DNA from: Eledone cirrhosa
Lineage: Eukaryota
Assembly: GCA_964016885.1 (NCBI GenBank)
Contig: OZ024743.1
Span: 52,452,001-52,516,000 of the forward strand
DNA length: 64,000 nucleotides
Reading direction: 5' to 3'
Shown here: positions 54,035-64,000 of the stretch, piece after piece
Position numbering within the stretch: the stretch's first letter is position 1
Layout of the letters: each line of letters opens with the position of its first letter
The notes under the pieces: generated by a model
What the model saw: only the letters and a program-made list of their open reading frames with translations
Told to the model about the DNA's origin: nothing
Databases searched by the model: none
Made by a program: the position numbers and the translations under genes

Positions 54035-55353
54035 ATAGAACTACGGTGACAGTAATATCTGCGTACACACCCCAATCCGGACTGCCCGGCACTATAAAAG
54101 ACAGATTCTATGAGACACTGATGCTCGCTACCTCCCAAATAACCGACAGTGACTATATAATTATTGCAGGCGACCTAAATGGTCACGTTGGACAACATTG
54201 TGACGACTATGACGGAATCCATGGAGGCTATGGGTTCGGTACTAGAAATGAGGAAAGCTCCAGAATCCTGGAATTCTGTGACGCAAATAACCTAACTATC
54301 TGTAACACTAACTTCAAAAAACGAGACAATCACTTGATCACCTATAGATTGGGGGAACACACAAGCCAGGTAGATTATATCCTTACCAGAAGACGTGACA
54401 GAGTGTCTGTTGTAAACACTAAATCCTTCCCCCATGAAGAATGCACCTCCCAACATAGACTGATAATTAGCGACCTCATAGTCAGGACGAGACGTACTAG
54501 ACAGCAGAAGAGGATTATCCTCAGGAGAAAAATATGGAAGCTAAAGGACCCCACAGCCAGAAATGAATTTCAAAGCATATTACTTGATGCTTTCGACAGT
54601 AAGGAAGAGCAATTAGAGTCGTATAATATAGAGGAACAGTGGGAATTCCTGAAAGCAAACCTGCTGATGGCGGCAGACGAAGCCTGTGGCTGGAGCAGGC
54701 CTATAGGCAGGAGGAGAGTAACATGGTGGTGGAACAGTAAGGTGGAGGAGTCAATTAAGGTCAAAAAGCAGGCTTCAAAAGTATGGCGGGATGGGGGAAG
54801 TAGAGACTATCAAGTAGAGACTATCAAGTGGCCAGGAGGGAAGCTAGGAGACAAGTGTACTTTGCAAGAAGGGAAGCAGAGGAAAGAAAGTTCAAGCATG
54901 TTCTACAACGTGAGGACCAAAAACGTGAGGTGATCAGGATTTCTAGGCAATGTGTCAAGGAAAACCGTGATATTGTCGGGGAGAAGTGTGTACTTAATGA
55001 TGATGGCGTACTTGCCCTCACTGACGCTGATAAGAAGGTAGCTTGGATGTGTCACTATGAAAGGCTTCTAAATGAGGAGAATAAATGGGAGAAAGACAGT
55101 CTCCCCCACATCGACCCAATAGAGGGACCAGCAGTGTTAGTCGAAGGTAGTATAATAAGTAAGGCAATCAAAGATATGAAGACGGGTAAGGCGGCTGGGC
55201 CTTCGGAAATAGTTGCTGAGATGCTGAAAGCCTCTGGAACGGTGGGACACACCATGGTCACCCGGATAGTAAACCAAGTCATACAGAATGGGGTTGTTCC
55301 GAAGGACTGGCGAAGCATCATCATCATTAACTGTTACAAGGGTAAAGGAGATG
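54035..55353 (+). mobile_element. RTE copy B, truncated at both ends, frameshifted
   Basis: Same 5' breakpoint as copy A; diverges from A after 54560. Confidence 0.93.
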
Positions 55354-55489
55354 GGTGATAGAGAGAGAGAGAGATAGCTTTTATAACTGAGAAAAATATA
55401 TTGTTTTACATAGAGAAGTTGAAAAACTGTTGGAAGATAATATATAAATTAAAAGAATTTGAAAATTAACGAAGAGAAAATAATGTTAA

Positions 55490-55675
55490 GTTAAGGTTTG
55501 TATATTGAAGGGTTTAATAATATGTGCGATGAAAAGAAAGTGTTAATATGTATTAAGAATAATATTTAAGGGTTTAATAATATGTGCGATGGAAAGAAAA
55601 TGTTAATATGTATTAAGAATAATATTTAAGGGTTTAATAATATGTGCGATGGAAAGAAAATGTTGATATGTATTA
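55490..55675. repeat. ~60-bp tandem repeat (x3) within a C-poor segment
   Basis: aagggtttaataatatgtgcgatg recurs at 60-bp spacing. Confidence 0.85.
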
Positions 55676-56056
55676 TTAAAACAAGCAATAGTAATGTAAG
55701 TAAGGATATATTGTGAAAGAAGTAGAAGATAGGATGAATAAGTTAGATGAAAGGGAGAAAATAATGAATTGAGGATGAAAAATCTAACGTCAAAAAAATG
55801 TTTATGTTTACGAAGGATTTTTTTCAAGGTGATATAAAGTAAGAATATATTGTAGTGTAATAATTGTTTCTATGTTAGGCACAATGAGAAAAGGTACAGA
55901 TTAGGTGTTAGAAATTAAAAGAAAAAGGAAAAGAAAAGGAAAAGGAAGAAAGGTAAGTGATAAATAGGAGTGATATAGAATGAGTAACTAGTATTATATA
56001 ATGTATAATAAATAACTTTGAAATAAGGTAGAAAGATGGGTATATTTTCAAAGAAG

Positions 56057-57285
<1,229 letters not shown>

Positions 57286-57288
57286 ATA

Positions 57289-57363
<75 letters not shown>

Positions 57364-57529
57364 GTATATGTATATATATATGTATATATATATGTATATG
57401 TATATATATATGTATATATATATGTATATATATATGTATATATATATATATATATATATGTATATGTATATATATATGTATATATATATATATATGTATA
57501 TATATATGTATATGTATATATATATGTAT

Positions 57530-57599
<70 letters not shown>

Positions 57600-57688
57600 G
57601 TATATGTATATATATATGTATATATATATATATGTATATATATATGTATATATATATATATATGTATATATATATGTATATATATATG

Positions 57689-57719
<31 letters not shown>

Positions 57720-57774
57720 GTATATATATATATGTATATATATATATGTATATATATATATGTATATATATATG

Positions 57775-57805
<31 letters not shown>

Positions 57806-57806
57806 G

Positions 57807-57838
<32 letters not shown>

Positions 57839-57844
57839 TGTATA

Positions 57845-57917
<73 letters not shown>

Positions 57918-57954
57918 GTATATATATATGTATATATATATGTATATATATATG

Positions 57955-58012
<58 letters not shown>

Positions 58013-58020
58013 TGTATATA

Positions 58021-60327
58021 TCATCATCATCATCATCATCATCAACGTTTAACGTCCGTGTTCCACGCTTGCATGGGTTTGGACGGGGGTAGTCCCACTT
58101 GAGGCAAGAGTGATTGTCTTGCTCGCATAGGACTGTCTGGCAGGTTTTCTACAGTTGGATGCCCTTCCTAACACCAACCACATTTACAGTGTGGGTCTGG
58201 GAGGTTTTTACCGTGTTGCCTACACGGCCACATTACAGCGTGGACTGTGTGTTTTTTTGTCGTGACACCTACACGATCTCATTTGTTTCGGCCTCGATGG
58301 CGCGGCACCAACATAACTTTACATAGAACGGGGTGGTGTGGATCGGGTGGGGGTGGGGGTGGTGGGACGGGGTGTATTTTGTTAGAGATGCCTACTGGCT
58401 GGAGTAGGTTTTACTATATATTTAGGTAAGGCGGGTCTTCTCTGTTACTGAGTACCGCCAAAGGTCTCGGTCCAGTGACATTGTCTTGGAGAGGTGTAAG
58501 TGTGTGATGTCGGAGTTTATCAGCTCGTCCCAGGTTTTTCTAGGTCTGCCTATTCCGTGACTACCGTCTATCTTTATTGCCCTGCACTTTGTTATACAGC
58601 TATCGACTTTCATGCGCATCACGTGTCCATACCAACGTAGCCTTCTCTCGAGTAAACAACATCTGATCCCTCTTATCTCTAATTTTTTCCTTAGTTCGTT
58701 TATGCTTTGCCGTTCACGTATATTACTGTTACACATCCAGCGGAGCATGCAAGCTTCGTTCCTCTCTAGTCTGCGTATATCCTCTGCACACAATGCCCAG
58801 GTCTCACTGCCATGCAGCATTGCTGTTCGTATGCAGGCATCGTACAACCTGCCTTTCATTTTTAGTGAGAACCCTTTAGCAGCTAATAGTGGTATAAGCT
58901 CTCTGAACTTTTTCCAACCAGTTCTGACTCTAGCTACAGTACTTTCAGAGCACCCTCCCCCACTGCTGATTTTATCGCCCAGGTAACGGAAGCTGTCCAC
59001 TATTTCTATAGAACCCTCTGCGCAATTGAAAGAGCTAGTAGTTTGTGGGCACTTGCTGCTACTTATTGCACCAGAGCACCGGCCACATGTAAAATCTATG
59101 TTCTTAGTTAGCTTACCTGTGATCCCACTACATCTTTTATGCACCCATACTTTGCATTTAGGACATAAAATGGAGTTTCTACCTACGCCTTTCCTACACA
59201 CCGAGCACGACCATTTCCCAGAAGGGACCGCCGCCTTGTTTTCTTTCCTACAAACTAGTACTTTGGTCTTAGCCAGGTTAATTTTAAGTCCTTTTGACTC
59301 TAGGCCGTGCTTCCATGTTTGGAATTTCTTCTCTAGCTCGGCCATTGATTCCGCTATGAGTGTCAGGTCGTCTGCGTATAGGAGTTCCCATGGGCAGCCT
59401 GTCTTGAACTCCTCTGTTATAGCCTGAAGGGCAATAATAAATAGTAGTGGACTGAGAACAGAGCCCTGATGGACGCCGACTTTTACGCTAAACTCTTCAC
59501 TATATTCGTTGTTAATTCTAACCTTGCTGACTGTTTCTTTATACATGGCTTGTATAGCCCTCACAAGCCATTCGTCAACGCCTAGTTTTCTAAGAGCCCA
59601 CCAGATAATGGAGCGGGGGACTCTGTCGAAGGCTTTCTCCAAGTCGACAAAAGCTAAGTAGAGGGGTTTACCTTTAGCTAGGTACTTCTCCTGTAGTTGT
59701 CGTACTATGAAAAGAGCGTCTGTGGCACTTTTGCCTGACACAAACCCGAACTGCATTTCATCTAGGTCAATTCTCTCTCTGATTAGTTGCGCTATTACTC
59801 TTTCCGTGACCTTCATGACCTGGTCGATTAATTTAATGCCTCTATAGTTACTCCTATCTAGGGCATCTCCTTTACCCTTATAACAGTTAACGATGATGCT
59901 GCTATGCCAGTCCTTCGGAACAACCCCATTCTGTACGACTTGGTTAACTATGCGGGTGACCATGGTGTGTCCCACCGTGCCAGATGCCTTCAGCATCTCA
60001 GCAACTATTTCCGAAGGCCCAGCCGCCTTACCAGTCTTCATATCCTTGATTGCCTTACTTATTATACTCCCCTCGACTAACACTGCTGGTCCCTCTATTG
60101 GGTCGATATGGGGGAGACTGCCTTTCTCCCAATTATTCTCCTCATTTAGAAGCCTTTCATAGTGACACTTCCAAGCTACCTTCTTATCAGCGTCGGTGAT
60201 GGCAAGTGTGCCATCGTCGTTTAGTACACACTTCTCCCCGACAATATCACGGTTTTCCTTGACGCATTGCCTAGCAATCCTGAACACCTCACGTTTTTGG
60301 TCATCGCGTTGTAGAACATGCTTGAAC

Positions 60328-60328
<1 letters not shown>
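58021..60328 (-). mobile_element. RTE copy D, 5'-truncated, intact RT/PHD ORF
   Basis: The 621-aa ORF is nearly identical to copy A (KSAT vs KSTT). (GAT)n tail. Confidence 0.95.
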
Positions 60329-60381
<53 letters not shown>

Positions 60382-60393
60382 TACATATACATA

Positions 60394-60524
<131 letters not shown>

Positions 60525-60525
60525 G

Positions 60526-60574
<49 letters not shown>

Positions 60575-60633
60575 GTATATATATATGTATATATATATAT
60601 ATGTATATATGTATATATATATATATGTATATA

Positions 60634-60673
<40 letters not shown>

Positions 60674-60674
<1 letters not shown>

Positions 60675-63600
60675 CTTCTTCTTCTTCTTCTTCTTAACGT
60701 TTAACGTCCGTGTTCCACGCTTGCATGGGTTTGGACGGGGGTAGTCCCACTTGAGGCAGGAGTGATTGTCTTGCTCGCATAGGACTGTCTGGCAGGTTTT
60801 CTACAGTTGGATGCCCTTCCCAACACCAACCACATTTACAGTGTGGGTCTGGGAGGTTTTTACTGTGTTGCCTACACGGACAGTGTGGGTCTGGGAGGTT
60901 TTTACCGTGTTGCCTACACGGCCACATTACAGCGTGGACTGTTTTTTTTTTTGTCCTGACACCTACACGATCTCATTTGTTTCGGCCTGGATGGCGCGGC
61001 ACCAACATAACTTTACATAGAACGGGGTGGTGTGGATGGGGTGGGGGTGGTGGTGGTGGGACGGGGTGTATTTTGTTAGAGATGCCTACTGGCTGTAGTA
61101 GGTTTTACTATGTATTTAGGTAAGGCGGGTCTTCTCTGTTACTGAGTACCGCCAAAGGTCTCGGTCCAGTGACATTGTCTTGGAGAGGTGTAAGTGTGTG
61201 AGGTCGGAGTTTATCAGCTCATCCCAGGTTTTTCTAGGTCTGCCTATTCCGTGGCTACTGTCTATCTGTATTGCTCTGCACTTTGTTATACAGCTATCGA
61301 CTTTCATGCGCATCACGTGTCCATACCAACGTAGCCTTCTCTCGAGTAAACAACATCTGATCCCTCTTATTTCTAATTTTTTCCTTAGTTCGTTTATGCT
61401 TTGCCGTTCACGTATATTACTGTTACACATCCAGCGGAGCATGCAAGCTTCGTTCCTCTCTAGTCTGCGTATATCCTCTGCACACAATGCCCAGGTCTCA
61501 CTGCCATGCAACATTGCTGTTCGTATGCAGGCATCGTACAACCTGCCTTTCATTTTTAGGGAGAACCCTTTAGCAGCTAATAGTGGTATAAGCTCTCTGA
61601 ACTTTTTCCAACCAGTTCTGACTCTAGCTACTGTCCTTTCAGAGCACCCTCCCCCACTGCTGATTTTATCGCCCAGGTAACGGAAGCTGTCCACTATTTC
61701 TATAGAACCCTCTGCGCAATTGAAAGAGCTAGTATTTTGTGGGCACTTGCTGCTACTTATTGCACCAGAGCACCGGCCACATGTAAAATCTATGTTCTTA
61801 GTTAGCTTACCTGTGATCCCACTACATCTTTTATGCACCCATACTTTGCATTTAGGACATAAAATGGAGTTTCTACCTACGCCTTTCCTACACACCGAGC
61901 ACGACCATTTCCCAGAAGGGACTGCCGCCTTATTTTCTTTCCTACAAACTAGAACTTTAGTCTTAGCCAGGTTAATTTTAAGTCCTTTTGATTCTAGGCC
62001 GTGCTTCCATGTTTGGAATTTCTTCTCTAGCTCGGCCATTGATTCCGCTATGAGTGTCAGGTCATCTGCGTATAGGAGTTCCCATGGGCAGCCGGTCTTG
62101 AACTCCTCTGTTATAGCCTGAAGGGCAATAATAAATAGTAGGGGGCTGAGAACAGAGCCCTGATGGACGCCAACTTTTACGCTAAACTCTTCACTATATT
62201 CGTTGTTAATTTTAACCTTGCTGACTGTTTCTTTATACATGGCTTGTATAGCTCTCACAAGCCATTCGTCAACGCCTAGTTTTCTAAGAGCCCACCAGAT
62301 AATGGAGCGGGGGACTCTGTCGAAGGCTTTCTCCAAGTCGACAAAAGCTAAGTAGAGGGGTTTACCTTTAGCTAGGTACTTCTCCTGTAGTTGTCGTACA
62401 ATGAAAAGAGCGCCTGTGGTACTTTTGCCTGACACAAACCCGAACTGCATTTCATCTAGGTCAATTCTCTCTCTGATTAGTTGCGCTATTACTTTTTCCG
62501 TGACCTTTATGACCTGGTCGATTAATTTAATGCCTCTATAGTTACTCCTATCTAGGGCGTCTCCTTTACCCTTATAACAGTTAACGATGATGCTGCTATG
62601 CCAGTCCTTCGGAACAACCCCATTCTGTACGACTTGGTTAACTATGCGGGTGACCATGGTGTGTCCCACCGTGCCAGATGCCTTCAGCATCTCAGCAACT
62701 ATTTCCGAAGGCCCAGCCGCCTTACCCGTCTTCATATCCTTGATTGCCTTACTTATTATACTCCCCTCGACTAACACTGCTGGTCCCTCTATTGGGTCCC
62801 TCTATTTCTCCCATTTATTCTCCTCATTTAGTAGCCTTTCATAGTGACACTTCCAAGCTACCTTCTTATCAGCGTCGGTGATGGCAAGTATGCCATCATC
62901 GTTAAGTACACACTTCTCCCCGACAATATCACGGTTTTCCTTGATGCATTGCCTAGCAATCCTGAACACCTCACGTTTTTGGTCCTCGCATTGTAGAACA
63001 TGCTTGAACTTTCTTTCCTCAGCTTCCCTTCTTGCTAAGTACACTTGTCTCCTAGCTTCCCTCCTGGCCACTTGATAGTCTTCTCTACTTCCCCCATCCC
63101 GCCATACCTTCCAAGCCTGCTTTTTGGCCTTAATTGACCCCTCCACCTTACTGTTCCACCACCATGTTACTCTCCTCCTGCCTACAGGCCTGCTCCAGCC
63201 ACAGACTTCGTCTGTCGCCATCAGTAGGTTTGCTTTCAGAAATTCCCACTGTCCCTCTATATTGTCCGACTCTAAATGTTCTTCCTTACTGTCGAAAGCA
63301 TCAAGTAATATGCTTTGAAATTTATTTCTGGCTGTGGGGTCCTTTAGCTTCCATATTTTACTCCTGAGGATAGTCCTCTTCTGCTGTCGAGTACGTCTCG
63401 TCCTGACTATGAGGTCGCTAATTATCAGTCTATGTTGGGAGGTGCATTCTTCATGGGGGAGGGATTTAGTGTTTACAACAGACACTCTGTCACGTCTTCT
63501 GGTAAGGATATAATCTACCTGGCTTGTGTGTTCCCCGGATCTATAGGTGATCAGGTGATTGTCACGTTTTTTAAAGTTAGTGTTACAGATAGTTAGGTTA

Positions 63601-64000
63601 TTTGCATCACAGAATTCCAGGATTCTGGAGCCTTCCTCATTTCTAGTACCAAACCCATAGCCTCCATGGATTTCGTCGTAGCCGTCACAATGTTGTCCAA
63701 CGTGACCATTTAGGTCGCCTGCAATAATTATATAGTCACTGTCGGTTATTTGGGAGGTAGCGAGCATCAGTGTCTCATAGAATCTGTCTTTTATAGTGCC
63801 GGGCAGTCCGGATTGGGGTGCGTACGCAGATATTACTGTCACCGTAGTTCTATTGAGGACAAGTCGTATTTTAATTATTCTGTCATTCACTCTATTTACG
63901 TCTATTATCTTATCTGCCCACTTTTCTGCTACCATGATTCCTACTCCACCCAGCCCATCGTCGTTTCCCACCCAGAAAAGCTTATAACATCGTTTTTTAC
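60674..64000 (-). mobile_element. RTE copy E, longest copy, runs off the window; in-frame stop at 62802; (GAA)n tail
   Basis: APE N-terminal motifs (GGVGI, AYAPQ) through RT and PHD. 42-bp duplication in the 3' UTR. Confidence 0.95.

Overview
Eukaryotic, AT-rich, microsatellite-laden genomic DNA. The SINE, RTE and microsatellite make-up suggests a cephalopod such as Octopus (inference). Only one host gene is supported: two minus-strand exons (39985-40114 and 21526-21805) of an SBSPON/RPE-spondin homologue. The rest is mobile or repetitive DNA: tandem Tx1-clade LINEs (1.1-8.1 kb); a cluster of five young RTE-clade LINEs, with a PHD finger inside the RT region, inserted in (TA)n tracts (50.7-64 kb); piggyBac, pogo and hAT MITEs; tRNA-derived SINEs; fossil CRE and Helitron fragments; and 103-, 65- and 72-bp tandem arrays. 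The most notable hidden signal is about 15 minimal type I hammerhead ribozyme motifs (CUGANGA...GAAA...UH) in about 8 unrelated sequence families. Most lie between 8.4 and 14.6 kb as outward-pointing inverted pairs in short non-coding palindromic elements embedded in (TA)n, and probably derive from Penelope-like elements or retrozymes. All structures were read by eye; nothing was computed or searched.
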